DNA from: a virus
Length of the DNA stretch: 64,000 nucleotides
IMG/VR virus record: IMGVR_UViG_3300035670_000181
Coordinates: 2,334 to 66,333 of that record
Strand: one strand, 5' to 3'
A model generated the notes under the pieces. That model was not told the DNA's origin and made no database searches. It saw only the letters and a program-made list of their open reading frames with translations. This document shows positions 1 to 9,152 of the stretch, one piece after another. Every line of letters starts with the position of its first letter. Within the stretch, counting starts at the first letter, position 1. The position numbers were made by a program, and so were the translations under genes.

Positions 1-1
1 A

Positions 2-235
2 GATGACTATTTTTCTAGCACCACAAAATATTACATCCTCAGTAGTGAAGATAGGGATGACGTAGATCAAATGGCGATGTATCCAGAATTACCAAACATT
101 AAACAATTTATATTTCCAGGCACAGGACACGACTTACCAGCAGTGCTTGATGATAACCTTGGTATGCTAATTTTGTCTTGTATAAATGATAAGCCAGAAA
201 TTGTTGAAAACTTTATTCAATCACAAATTATATAA
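2..235 (+). CDS. 3' end of a CDS truncated by the window edge, possibly alpha/beta-hydrolase-like
   Basis: Open frame 2 from the window start to TAA at 233-235; contains IFPGTGHDLP, resembling the catalytic-His loop of alpha/beta hydrolases. Confidence 0.45.
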   Translation, partial: DDYFSSTTKYYILSSEDRDDVDQMAMYPELPNIKQFIFPGTGHDLPAVLDDNLGMLILSCINDKPEIVENFIQSQII

Positions 236-1165
236 TTCTTTATCAGCCAATGCTTTCATTTGCCAATAAAAATCTTTTTGGTCATTGGCTGCCCAATAGT
301 CTTCTGGAGATCTAACAGCATTTTTGACTGCATATTTTGAGTAATCATTATATATAAAAGCCATTGCAAAGTCACGCATTGTATTTTGATTATCTATAAA
401 TTTTGGAACTGTATATATGTCTTTAAACTTTTCATTGCTCCATACAGCATCATAGTATTCTTCTGGCTTATGCGTTATCATATCTACGTTTACCTGATAG
501 ATATTCCATCCAGCAAGAAATGACCTGAAAGATAAATATCCTTCCTCATGAATTCCATGGGTATACGGATCAAAGCCAACTTCTCTAATAAATCTGCCAG
601 GCATTACTACGGCACCAGATCTCCAAGTAGTGGTGTATTCTAATTCTTCAAAATCTGTTTTAACATTATTTACTGGACGCATTGATACATGGTAGGTAGA
701 GTTTTGATTCATACCCTGAGAATTTAGTTGTTCAAAATGAAATTTTTGATCATTAACGGCAATTTTGTCAGTGTCTGGAATTCTCATTGGAGACTGAACT
801 AGCAAGACATTGTTTTTGCTTCCAAACTTATCTTCAACCTGTTGCATATAGGCATATATTTTTGTATCCCAATCTTTTACAAATTCCATATGAGAGTCTA
901 TCATTAAAAAGTATTGCTGAAATCCATATAGCTGACTAAGAAGATACCTTATCTTAATAAGCCCTGGCCTTTCTTCTGGATGCCAATTCAGCGTTATATA
1001 CTTGCTTTCTGGTAAAAAGCTTAGATCTGGAATCTCGTCTTCGTAATATTGCAAACCAAGTCCAAAGTATATTGATTCTGGCCACCTAGCATTATCAAGT
1101 GCAGACTTTATTGTTTTAATTAATGTTGGGTCTCTATACGATGCAATAGATATAAAAATACTCAT
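221..1165 (-). CDS. GT60-like glycosyltransferase (Skp1/hydroxyproline GlcNAc-transferase-like)
   Basis: N-terminal IFISIASYRD, LMIDSHMEF..WD (DxH) and EE..LS.R.F..GW.IY motifs typical of the Gnt1/GlcNAc family. Confidence 0.8.
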   Translation of the reverse strand: MSIFISIASYRDPTLIKTIKSALDNARWPESIYFGLGLQYYEDEIPDLSFLPESKYITLNWHPEERPGLIKIRYLLSQLYGFQQYFLMIDSHMEFVKDWDTKIYAYMQQVEDKFGSKNNVLLVQSPMRIPDTDKIAVNDQKFHFEQLNSQGMNQNSTYHVSMRPVNNVKTDFEELEYTTTWRSGAVVMPGRFIREVGFDPYTHGIHEEGYLSFRSFLAGWNIYQVNVDMITHKPEEYYDAVWSNEKFKDIYTVPKFIDNQNTMRDFAMAFIYNDYSKYAVKNAVRSPEDYWAANDQKDFYWQMKALADKELYNL

Positions 1166-1168
1166 TGA

Positions 1169-1816
1169 CTAATTACTTTCAAAAAACAATATGTCAGATG
1201 GGTTATGATCTGTTGGTGCCTGCTCAGCTGGAACGTCATCCTCTATATCAAAAGTAAACCAAGCTGGCATTGTATACCTTGTTCCATTATTAAAAGTAGA
1301 GATAGAATGTTTGTATCTGCTTGGAAACAATAGTAAGTCACCTACTCCTGGTTTTATTGATAGATCAAATTCTGGAAACTCAATTTCTCCACCATCAAAC
1401 TTATCACTTAGATAAACTATTGATGTTATGTTGTATTTATAAAATCCGCCTGCAATAGCTGGCTTGCCACTTGGTGTCTCTGAATCACTATGAAGTGGCA
1501 TAGCACTTCCAAGCAACATGTCCCACTTTGTGAAATGAACAGGGATTATTGGATTGCTGTTAATAGATATCCCATACCTATCAACATAATTACGATTAAT
1601 TTCTTCAAGAATCATTCTTTGATACATGTTCATTATTTCTATTACATATGTATTATCAATTTCATCTTGATATATGTTGCCAGATTTATCAAATGATGAC
1701 AGATAGTCTGTTAGCCTATTTGCATCTGACTCCATCATAAATGATTTTATTTGAGTTATACCGCTTTGTGAGTAACCAATTTTATTGTACTCATTCATGA
1801 AAACTTCATATCCCAT
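1169..1816 (-). CDS. 2OG-Fe(II) oxygenase, prolyl-4-hydroxylase-like
   Basis: HSD...YL...FDGGEIEF...GDLLLFPS..H...G.RY motif set. Confidence 0.85.
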   Translation of the reverse strand: MGYEVFMNEYNKIGYSQSGITQIKSFMMESDANRLTDYLSSFDKSGNIYQDEIDNTYVIEIMNMYQRMILEEINRNYVDRYGISINSNPIIPVHFTKWDMLLGSAMPLHSDSETPSGKPAIAGGFYKYNITSIVYLSDKFDGGEIEFPEFDLSIKPGVGDLLLFPSRYKHSISTFNNGTRYTMPAWFTFDIEDDVPAEQAPTDHNPSDILFFESN

Positions 1817-1822
1817 GAATAT

Positions 1823-1831
1823 ATTATACCC
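1823..1831 (-). promoter_or_regulatory. -10 box of a probable leaderless transcript
   Basis: TATAAT 6 nt upstream of the ATG at 1816, no Shine-Dalgarno. Confidence 0.6.
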
Positions 1832-2178
1832 TACTCAGCCAACCACTCAATTAGATCTGGATTGTCTTGAATGATTACTAAAAAAGCGTTCTCAAATATA
1901 CTAATAAAGTGATGCTCCCACTTTTCATATTCAGATTTTTTGTTGGGTATTGTTGTTCCTTCAAAAATCATCCTTGCTGCATGAAGTATTTCATGAACAA
2001 CAGTGACCTTTTGTTTGCTATCGCTAATATCACTAGCAACTACTATTAGATTTCCTTGATCTAACGTATATCCATAATTATTATCATTTAGCATACCGTC
2101 TTCTTTTGGATTGCGATATTCAATGGTAAATACCTGTGGGCCAATCTTTACCTCACCTGGCTTCTTTATAACTGGCAT
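1831..2178 (-). CDS. Phage protein with HExxH metallopeptidase-like motif
   Basis: VVHEILHA; start moved to MPVIKK (2178), which follows GGAG and avoids overlap with thyX. Confidence 0.6.
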   Translation of the reverse strand: MPVIKKPGEVKIGPQVFTIEYRNPKEDGMLNDNNYGYTLDQGNLIVVASDISDSKQKVTVVHEILHAARMIFEGTTIPNKKSEYEKWEHHFISIFENAFLVIIQDNPDLIEWLAE

Positions 2179-2186
2179 ATAGTCTC

Positions 2187-2906
2187 CTATTCTTCCTGAT
2201 ATAGTGTAGCAAATGTTTCTGGGAATGCCTTGTGTGCCAAATCCTTGACTGCTAGAGCATATTGCTGAATCTCCCATTGGGCATCATGCTCAAGTCTTTG
2301 GTCAAGAAATGTTAGCACACCCTGGAGGGATACGGTCCAACGCCAACGTACGTACATGCCATAGGCAGGTAGAAATAGACGTGCTATTTCTGGTGCAATG
2401 CCATCCTCAAGGGCTTGGTGATAGTTGTCAACACCAAGAACAATTGCCTCACAAAGCCTACTAAAATGCTTTTCTCCAAGCTTCTCGTCTATTGGATCTC
2501 CAGATCCCTGCTTGCTGTTCTCAGGCTTGGATCGCCACTCATGGGGCAATGGGACATAAAACTTCTCTTCCTCAGTAACATATCTACGTGATGACTCATT
2601 CCAACCGTTTTGCTCATCCACATGAGTAGATGCCACCGCATACTTCCACCATTGTCGTGCTACAAAAAGTGGGGCATAAACCTCAAAAGTAAGTGCAGCA
2701 TGTCTAAAAGGACTAGTATGCTGTTCACGGATAAGAAAGTTTATTAGCTTTGCATCTTTGACAGAGAACTCAGTAGACTCTTTATCATAGGAAACTCTGG
2801 CTGCATTAACAATACTAAGATCATCTCCTAATGTGTCTACAAGACGAACATAGCCCTCATCCAAAACGCTGATTGGCTCTGGAAAGCTTTTAATTATAGT
2901 TGTCAT
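2187..2906 (-). CDS. thyX: FAD-dependent thymidylate synthase
   Basis: NAARVSY, HTSPF, NESSRRY, E.AR..LP, HAQWEI-like motifs. Confidence 0.93.
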   Translation of the reverse strand: MTTIIKSFPEPISVLDEGYVRLVDTLGDDLSIVNAARVSYDKESTEFSVKDAKLINFLIREQHTSPFRHAALTFEVYAPLFVARQWWKYAVASTHVDEQNGWNESSRRYVTEEEKFYVPLPHEWRSKPENSKQGSGDPIDEKLGEKHFSRLCEAIVLGVDNYHQALEDGIAPEIARLFLPAYGMYVRWRWTVSLQGVLTFLDQRLEHDAQWEIQQYALAVKDLAHKAFPETFATLYQEE

Positions 2907-3841
2907 TCTGACATCCTTTCATAAGCTAAAATATCTTTAATTATTTTAATTAGATCAAAACGTGGCTCCCAGCCAAGTGATACTAATTTGGTAACATCTG
3001 GAACTCTTCTTGAAATTTCTGTGTATCCAGGATAAGCAGAGTCGTATGAAACATACTCTATCTCTGACTTAGAGCCTGCATACTTTATAACAGTCTTTGC
3101 TAATTCATTGATTGAAACTTCTTCTGGATTACCAATGTTATAGACTTCGCCATAATTGCCGTGATCTATGACTGTTAAAATTCCAGAAATGGCATCTTCG
3201 ATGTGGCAGAATGATCTAGTTTGGTTTCCATTACCATAAACAGGTATTGGAGAGTTGTCTCTTGCTGCAGAAACAAACCTAGGAATTACCATGCCGTACT
3301 TGCCAGTCTGTCCTGGTCCTGCTACGTTAAATAGTCTACCAATCTTTACCTTAAGGCCAAACTTTTTATTTAGTAGAATTAAAGATCTTTCGCTAATTGC
3401 TTTTGATTCAGCATATCCCCATCTTTGATCCCATGTAGCACCAATTACTCTGTTTGCATCTTCAGCCAATGGAACCAAAGTATTTAGTCCATAAATCTCA
3501 GAAGTTGATGCAAAAAATAATTCCTTATTGTGCTTTAGACATAGCTCAGCTATTTTTTTTGTTCCCTCAGTATTCTGATATAAAGACTCGTATGGATAGT
3601 CAAAACCATTCTTCATACCAACGATTGCTGCCAGGTGAATAACCCTATCAGAAGACTCTACAACTCTATCTAGCATGTCATATGTTGCAATATCTGCCTC
3701 TATGAAGGTATGATCAAAACCATTCTTTCGTGAGCTAGTTGACAAATTATCAATAATTGTTACAGTATGCCCTATGCGATAAAGGTGTTTTGCTAGGCTA
3801 TAGCCAATAAATCCATATCCACCAGTAATAAGATATTTCAT
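2903..3841 (-). CDS. NAD-dependent nucleotide-sugar epimerase/decarboxylase (extended SDR)
   Basis: ITGGYGFIG, HLAA, ASTSEIYG, YxxxK, QTRSFCH, YNIGNP, RRVPD. Confidence 0.9.
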   Translation of the reverse strand: MKYLITGGYGFIGYSLAKHLYRIGHTVTIIDNLSTSSRKNGFDHTFIEADIATYDMLDRVVESSDRVIHLAAIVGMKNGFDYPYESLYQNTEGTKKIAELCLKHNKELFFASTSEIYGLNTLVPLAEDANRVIGATWDQRWGYAESKAISERSLILLNKKFGLKVKIGRLFNVAGPGQTGKYGMVIPRFVSAARDNSPIPVYGNGNQTRSFCHIEDAISGILTVIDHGNYGEVYNIGNPEEVSINELAKTVIKYAGSKSEIEYVSYDSAYPGYTEISRRVPDVTKLVSLGWEPRFDLIKIIKDILAYERMSE

Positions 3842-4962
3842 TAAATTCTCTCACAGTCAATGACCTGCATATTATTTAGAATTGATGTATCAAAACCATC
3901 ATGCCTATGTACAACAATTACCAAATCTGTTTTAGAATCAATGTTTTGTGATTCAGTGTTCCTGTATTTTTTAACCACATCATCGTGCCAGTAAGTATTT
4001 GCACCAAGACTATTCAATCTATTTAATAGCTCCAGGCCCTGAGAGTTTGTAGTATACTCAACATTTGGCTTATATGAAATTCCAACAATACAAATTTTTT
4101 TATTGTTTACTGTGCCCAGCCTATTTATCGCTAATGATATAAAATAATTAATTGCCTTATCATTTACCGACAAGGCCTTGTCTATCATTCCTGCCTCAAT
4201 ACCCAGCTCAGCTGTAGATTCCAGTATAAAGGTTGGATCTACAGGAATGCAGTCACCGCCTGCACCTAGACCAGGCCTAAATGAACTAAATCCAAAAGGC
4301 TTTGTGTCTGCTAATGAAATAACACTGTTAACATTAATGCCAAGCTTATCAAGGATCATAGCATATTCATTAATAAAAGATATATTTATTAGCCTGTACG
4401 CATTTTCTAAAAGCTTTGCAGCCTCAGCATCTTCAACCGATCCAGATAGAACAACCTCATCAATAAAGGTTTTATAAAAATCTTCTGCTCTATCTCTTGC
4501 CAGCTCTGTTATTCCAGAAACTATTTTTGGTGTGTTGGATATATTCCAGCTATGGCCCCCAACATTTATTCTCTCTGGAGAATATGCAAGTTCAAAATAT
4601 TTACTGCTTTCTTCTAAAACCCTATGAAGTCTGCGTGTTGTTCCAATTGGCACCGTAGACTCTATGATGACTAATGCACCATCTTTAATGTTTTTAGATA
4701 TTGACTTAATTGCATTAAAAACATAGGCTGAGCTTGGCAATCCTGGCTTTGCTACTACGGTTGGCACACATACAACCAAAATATCTGATGACTTAATATC
4801 TGAATAATCAGATGAGACTGGATAGTCTACGGTATCAGACAGGCTTTGCACTAGTGCTTGATTAACATCAATACCAATTACAGAATGCTTTTCAGACCTA
4901 GCTATCGCATCTGATAAAGATCTTCCAACAATGCCCTGACCAATAACCGCTACCTTAGACAC
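3841..4962 (-). CDS. UDP-sugar (UDP-GlcNAc/ManNAc-type) 6-dehydrogenase
   Basis: GQGIVG, CVPT, ESTVP.GTT, SPER, KLLENAYR, GGDCIPVDP, SYKPN. Confidence 0.9.
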   Translation of the reverse strand: MSKVAVIGQGIVGRSLSDAIARSEKHSVIGIDVNQALVQSLSDTVDYPVSSDYSDIKSSDILVVCVPTVVAKPGLPSSAYVFNAIKSISKNIKDGALVIIESTVPIGTTRRLHRVLEESSKYFELAYSPERINVGGHSWNISNTPKIVSGITELARDRAEDFYKTFIDEVVLSGSVEDAEAAKLLENAYRLINISFINEYAMILDKLGINVNSVISLADTKPFGFSSFRPGLGAGGDCIPVDPTFILESTAELGIEAGMIDKALSVNDKAINYFISLAINRLGTVNNKKICIVGISYKPNVEYTTNSQGLELLNRLNSLGANTYWHDDVVKKYRNTESQNIDSKTDLVIVVHRHDGFDTSILNNMQVIDCERI

Positions 4963-4965
4963 TAC

Positions 4966-5253
4966 CTACCCCAAAACTGCTAGAATGTCTCTATATGGCA
5001 AGATTAGATATGACTTGCCGTTTTCTGAATACTCAGTGCCACTAAACTTTGCAAATGCTACCTTATCGCCAACGCTAACGTCTGGAACCATTAAAACACC
5101 ATTATCTAGTTGAAGACCTGGCCCAACTGCCACAACAATTGCCTCACTAGGCTTTTCATCAGAAAGGCCTGGAATGATAAATCCAGAAGAAGTTGTTTTC
5201 TCTTCCTCTTTAATTACCTCTACAACGACCTTATCATAAAGTGGTTTAATCAT
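4966..5253 (-). CDS. groES: Co-chaperonin GroES
   Basis: IKPLYDKVVV, TSSGFIIP, VAVGPG, GDKV.F.KFSGTE, DILAVL. Confidence 0.95.
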   Translation of the reverse strand: MIKPLYDKVVVEVIKEEEKTTSSGFIIPGLSDEKPSEAIVVAVGPGLQLDNGVLMVPDVSVGDKVAFAKFSGTEYSENGKSYLILPYRDILAVLG

Positions 5254-5479
5254 TATAAATAATCTTTCTTAGATTGTATAAAGAGATATACATGTTTTCA
5301 TATCCCTTAGCATTATTTGTAAGTGTATTATAAATACGCTCTCGCTCTTTTTCTTGACCAGCTCTGAAGGCCTGTGCTACAAATTCCATATCTTCAGGGC
5401 TACTAGGTGTTGCTAGGCCAACTGAATACTCAAACTGTCCCAAGTCTCTCAATTCATAGTCTATGTCTGGAATGCTCAT
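5246..5479 (-). CDS. Hypothetical protein
   Basis: 77-aa ORF with its own promoter, packed between groES and nrdH. Confidence 0.6.
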   Translation of the reverse strand: MSIPDIDYELRDLGQFEYSVGLATPSSPEDMEFVAQAFRAGQEKERERIYNTLTNNAKGYENMYISLYNLRKIIYND

Positions 5480-5485
5480 TTATAC

Positions 5486-5514
5486 ATTTTACACTAAAAT
5501 GCAAAATATGTCAA
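5486..5514 (-). promoter_or_regulatory. SigA-type promoter, leaderless
   Basis: TTGACA-17 nt-TAAAAT, 6 nt before the ATG at 5479. Confidence 0.7.
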
Positions 5515-5732
5515 GCAGCAAGTAGATTAATTTTATCTGGCTGGAATCCAGCCCAGTTGCCAGCCTCAGAGATTACAACAGGTGCTGACTGAAACCCCAT
5601 CCCCAGGATCATTTGCAGTGCTTGCTCATCCTGAGTAATATCAACGGTGTCATACTTAACCCCAATTTTGTCCATATATCTTTTAGTCATGTCGCACTGG
5701 ACACACGATGGCTTTGTATAAACCGTAGTCAT
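5511..5732 (-). CDS. nrdH: Glutaredoxin-like NrdH redoxin
   Basis: VYTKPSCVQC, APVV, WAGFQPDKI; start at 5732 follows AAGGAG. Confidence 0.93.
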   Translation of the reverse strand: MTTVYTKPSCVQCDMTKRYMDKIGVKYDTVDITQDEQALQMILGMGFQSAPVVISEAGNWAGFQPDKINLLAA

Positions 5733-5791
5733 TTGTTGCTCCTTTTCAATTAGTGTATCTATTATACCGATTTGTTTTGGCTTTATCAAGC

Positions 5792-7447
5792 CTAATTATT
5801 ACGTTTTGGTAACAGGACAACCTTGCCCTTCTCTGGAATGTATAAAAATCTTATTCCACTTTCCGTACAAGTCCTAATAGCATCCTCAAAACTATTTACT
5901 AAGGTATCTCCTGCTAAATTAAATGATGTATTTAGTATCATTGGAATACCTGTTTTATGATAAAAAGATTCTATCAATCTATAGTAGTTTTCGTTATCAG
6001 ACAAAGACACTGTTTGTATTCTGGAAGTACCATCATTATGCTGAAGTGCAGGTACAAGATCACGCTTATCTAGCTTTGCCTCTACTGCGTACATCATATG
6101 AGGACTTGACACTAAGCTAGCCATATCAAACCAAGCATGTGCATGCTCTTCTAATACGCTTCCAGCAAATGGTCTAAAGTATTCTCTTTTCTTAATTGTA
6201 TTAACAACATCTCTACCATTTGGATCTCTTGGATCGTATAGGATTGACCTATTACCCAATGCCCTGGGACCAGATTCCGCTTTTCCTTGATAAATGGCAA
6301 CAATGTTTCTATTTGCGATTAGCTCTGCTACCATGTCTGGGGTAGCATCATACATTGATAGATCATTGCTAAAACTATCATAAGAATAGTCTGCACCCTT
6401 GCCAAGGTATAGCCTATTGATCGGAGCTATAGACTTGTCCTGTGATAGTTCACGATAAACAAATAATGCTGCACCTATTGCGGTTCCAGAATCAGCAGAG
6501 TTTGGCTCTACGTAAAACTCAATGTCTGGGAAAGCCTTAAGATACTTATAGTTATTGACACAATTTAAGAAATACCCCCCACTCAGACATACCTTATTTA
6601 ATCCTGTGGTCTCTATGGCCCTTTTAATGAGCATTAAGGATGGTTCTAGGCTGTCATGTTGGACTCTATAGGCTAAATCCTCATTGCTGATATCTGCCTG
6701 TAGAATTTCCTGGTTAGCTATGCCATTAGTGAATGCTCTTGGATGCTCTGGGTTGTCGGTGCCATAGGCAGACAGCCCCATGACTTTTCCTGCATTATGA
6801 TAGCTGTTAAAAATCTTGATACCAGTTAAGCTAAACAGCTTTCCAATACTAACATTGCTATCTAGCTTATTGATTTCATAAGAGGTTGGGACATCTAGAT
6901 TACATCTAGAAAAATATGTCTTAGATTCCACATCCTGGACAAGCTTTTGATCATATTCAGATACTGTAAGCTGTCTAATAAGATTTTTATAGATTGGAGT
7001 AATTTCACTACGACTTGCAGAAAATATTGTTTCTGTTTCTCTATAGAGATATTCACTATCTATAAAAGATTGACCTGCACCGTCTACAACGAGTACTGCT
7101 GCATTTTCAAAACCAGAATTGTAGAATGCAAGTGCTGCATGAGATAGGTGATGATCCCTAAAATTGTAGGTGTTATACTTCTTATTGTTTTCAAAATGTT
7201 TATATAAGCCAGTAGAAAGCATGAGCGATGAAAAAACAGCATCAGCATCTATCTCGTGTGGAAATGCTCCAACAAATACAACATGTTCAGGGTCATACAA
7301 CCTCATAGCCTCTGCAAAGCTATTTATAACTCCAGTCGTATGCTTTGTATGGGTATAGCGTTCTTCTTCAGCATAATAAATTACTTGACCATTCTCAATA
7401 ACGCAAACGCTTCCATCGTGTGAAAGATTAACCCCCATCACTCTCAT
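5792..7447 (-). CDS. Carbamoyltransferase (NodU/CmcH family)
   Basis: HDGS, EEERY, HHLSHA, DGAG, GKVMGLSAYG, GPRALGNRSIL, KKREYFRPFA, LNTSFN. Confidence 0.92.
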   Translation of the reverse strand: MRVMGVNLSHDGSVCVIENGQVIYYAEEERYTHTKHTTGVINSFAEAMRLYDPEHVVFVGAFPHEIDADAVFSSLMLSTGLYKHFENNKKYNTYNFRDHHLSHAALAFYNSGFENAAVLVVDGAGQSFIDSEYLYRETETIFSASRSEITPIYKNLIRQLTVSEYDQKLVQDVESKTYFSRCNLDVPTSYEINKLDSNVSIGKLFSLTGIKIFNSYHNAGKVMGLSAYGTDNPEHPRAFTNGIANQEILQADISNEDLAYRVQHDSLEPSLMLIKRAIETTGLNKVCLSGGYFLNCVNNYKYLKAFPDIEFYVEPNSADSGTAIGAALFVYRELSQDKSIAPINRLYLGKGADYSYDSFSNDLSMYDATPDMVAELIANRNIVAIYQGKAESGPRALGNRSILYDPRDPNGRDVVNTIKKREYFRPFAGSVLEEHAHAWFDMASLVSSPHMMYAVEAKLDKRDLVPALQHNDGTSRIQTVSLSDNENYYRLIESFYHKTGIPMILNTSFNLAGDTLVNSFEDAIRTCTESGIRFLYIPEKGKVVLLPKRNN

Positions 7448-8031
7448 CAGTAAAGCACCATACTATCTACGCTAAATACCTCAGCTGCCGTTGTGTTTAT
7501 AAATCCACCCCTCCAGGAATCGTGGGATGCAACTTGCTCTGCCCACTCTGAAACATTTGAGTACTCCGCTATTGCATCATACTTTTGAAAAGCAAAATCG
7601 GTTATGTCAACATATAAGTTAGGATTAAAGTTTTTATATTTAAGATTGTATGGATATGAATTCATGTGCCATACATCTACTGGCTGGTTTCTTCTTATTA
7701 TTGATACAATTTCGTTGCAGGCTCTATGATCTTGATGCCAGTCCTCTTCCCAGTGAGTAATTATTAAATCTGGTTTAATTGACTTTACAATCTCATCTAT
7801 GGAAGATATTGTTTGACTATTTACAGCAAATCTTGGATTTTCTAATGAATATATTAGTGGGGTATATCCAAGCACTTTAGAAGCATTATCCAAATACTTT
7901 ACATGAGGAACATTGCCAACCATAATTAGATTAGTTACTGATGCACCTTGGCTAATCATCTTTGCCACAGTACCGCCACATGACAACTCTAGGTCATCTG
8001 GGTGTGCTGATACAACTAAAACATTCTTCAT
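7447..8031 (-). CDS. PIG-L/LmbE-family N-deacetylase
   Basis: AHPDDLE..CGG and D.HQDH motifs. Confidence 0.9.
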   Translation of the reverse strand: MKNVLVVSAHPDDLELSCGGTVAKMISQGASVTNLIMVGNVPHVKYLDNASKVLGYTPLIYSLENPRFAVNSQTISSIDEIVKSIKPDLIITHWEEDWHQDHRACNEIVSIIRRNQPVDVWHMNSYPYNLKYKNFNPNLYVDITDFAFQKYDAIAEYSNVSEWAEQVASHDSWRGGFINTTAAEVFSVDSMVLY

Positions 8032-8037
8032 AGCTAT

Positions 8038-8066
8038 AGTATATCTAACCGATAGCTAAAAGTCAA
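8038..8066 (-). promoter_or_regulatory. SigA-type promoter, leaderless, for deacetylase-carbamoyltransferase
   Basis: TTGACT-17 nt-TATACT, 6 nt before the ATG at 8031. Confidence 0.65.
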
Positions 8067-8278
8067 TCCTCATCTGCCAATCTTTCATATGCCCAGCCAA
8101 GGACAGCTGCTGCAATCTGATCATCTGATAAATCCTTCTCCTGGATTAATAGCCTAAGCCTTTCAAATATAGCAATTCTTTCTGCCTGTGCTCCAAGGAA
8201 ATATAGGTCACTAGCTGATCCAGATATCTTAGTTAGCACTATCTCAGCAACTTGTCTGATTTCTTCCTTGCTTTCCAT
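8063..8278 (-). CDS. Hypothetical protein
   Basis: 71-aa ORF preceded by TGATATAAT-N6-ATG. Confidence 0.6.
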   Translation of the reverse strand: MESKEEIRQVAEIVLTKISGSASDLYFLGAQAERIAIFERLRLLIQEKDLSDDQIAAAVLGWAYERLADED

Positions 8279-8284
8279 TTATAC

Positions 8285-8303
8285 ATTATATCAGTGTTAT
8301 AAT
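8285..8303. promoter_or_regulatory. Back-to-back divergent extended -10 promoters
   Basis: TGATATAAT on the minus strand (8285-8293) and TGTTATAAT on the plus strand (8295-8303). Confidence 0.65.
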
Positions 8304-8313
8304 TAGTTGTAAT

Positions 8314-8556
8314 ATGTCAAATACAGTTGAATTCCAAAGGTATAAGGAAAAGATGGGCTGTGCTGACTGTAAAAAACTTTACCCACATTATGTCTTAGAA
8401 TTTGATCACAGACCTGGCGTTAAAAAAATAGACGTTGTCACCAGAGTTTTAAAGAAGTATGGCCCTGAAAAAGCATGGGCAGAAGTTAAAAAATGCGATG
8501 TTGTCTGTGCAAACTGTCACAAAATTAGAACATATCAGCGTGAGCATGATGTATAA
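8314..8556 (+). CDS. Small HNH endonuclease-like protein
   Basis: CADC...LEFDH...KCDVVCANCHKIRT. Confidence 0.85.
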   Translation: MSNTVEFQRYKEKMGCADCKKLYPHYVLEFDHRPGVKKIDVVTRVLKKYGPEKAWAEVKKCDVVCANCHKIRTYQREHDV

Positions 8557-8577
8557 TGGTAGTGTCGAAAGCTAACT

Positions 8578-9150
8578 ATGATAATTATTGATGACTCTTT
8601 TATTTCTGAAGACTACGTGGCTATGACTCAAGAAGCTATTCTCTCTGACACTAGACCAATTTTTTGGACTTTGAATCAACAGACCAACGTTCCAGATGAA
8701 GAAAGTGTTTACGCTGTTCCAGATAAAAATACGCAGAGTGCCGTTCAATTTGTATCTCATGTAGACAAAAATCATCCACTTTATAATGGAATATTTGGAA
8801 TATTTAATTCATTTGTGAAAAAGCATGGTATTGATTTTGCAGAAATTGTGAGAATTAAAATAAACCTAATTCAGCCTGGACCAAATCCAGATGCTAGCAA
8901 ATATCATATGCCTCATGTTGACTCAGATTCTGAACACAAAGTTTTTATATATTACGTAAATGATAGTGACGGAGACACTATATTTTTTAATCAGGTTGCA
9001 GACGGACATAAGCCTGAAAAGTTTACTGTTATGAATAGAGTTTCCCCAAAGCGTGGACGTGGAGTAGTCTTTGATGGATCAATATATCATGCATCGTCTT
9101 CACCAATTGAGAATCAGTATAGATGTATAATTAATATTGATTTTGTTTAA
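8578..9150 (+). CDS. 2OG-Fe(II) oxygenase
   Basis: PHVD..IYYVNDSDGDT..PKRGR.VVFDG..YHASS.P..R..INI. Confidence 0.85.
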   Translation: MIIIDDSFISEDYVAMTQEAILSDTRPIFWTLNQQTNVPDEESVYAVPDKNTQSAVQFVSHVDKNHPLYNGIFGIFNSFVKKHGIDFAEIVRIKINLIQPGPNPDASKYHMPHVDSDSEHKVFIYYVNDSDGDTIFFNQVADGHKPEKFTVMNRVSPKRGRGVVFDGSIYHASSSPIENQYRCIINIDFV

Positions 9151-9152
9151 TA

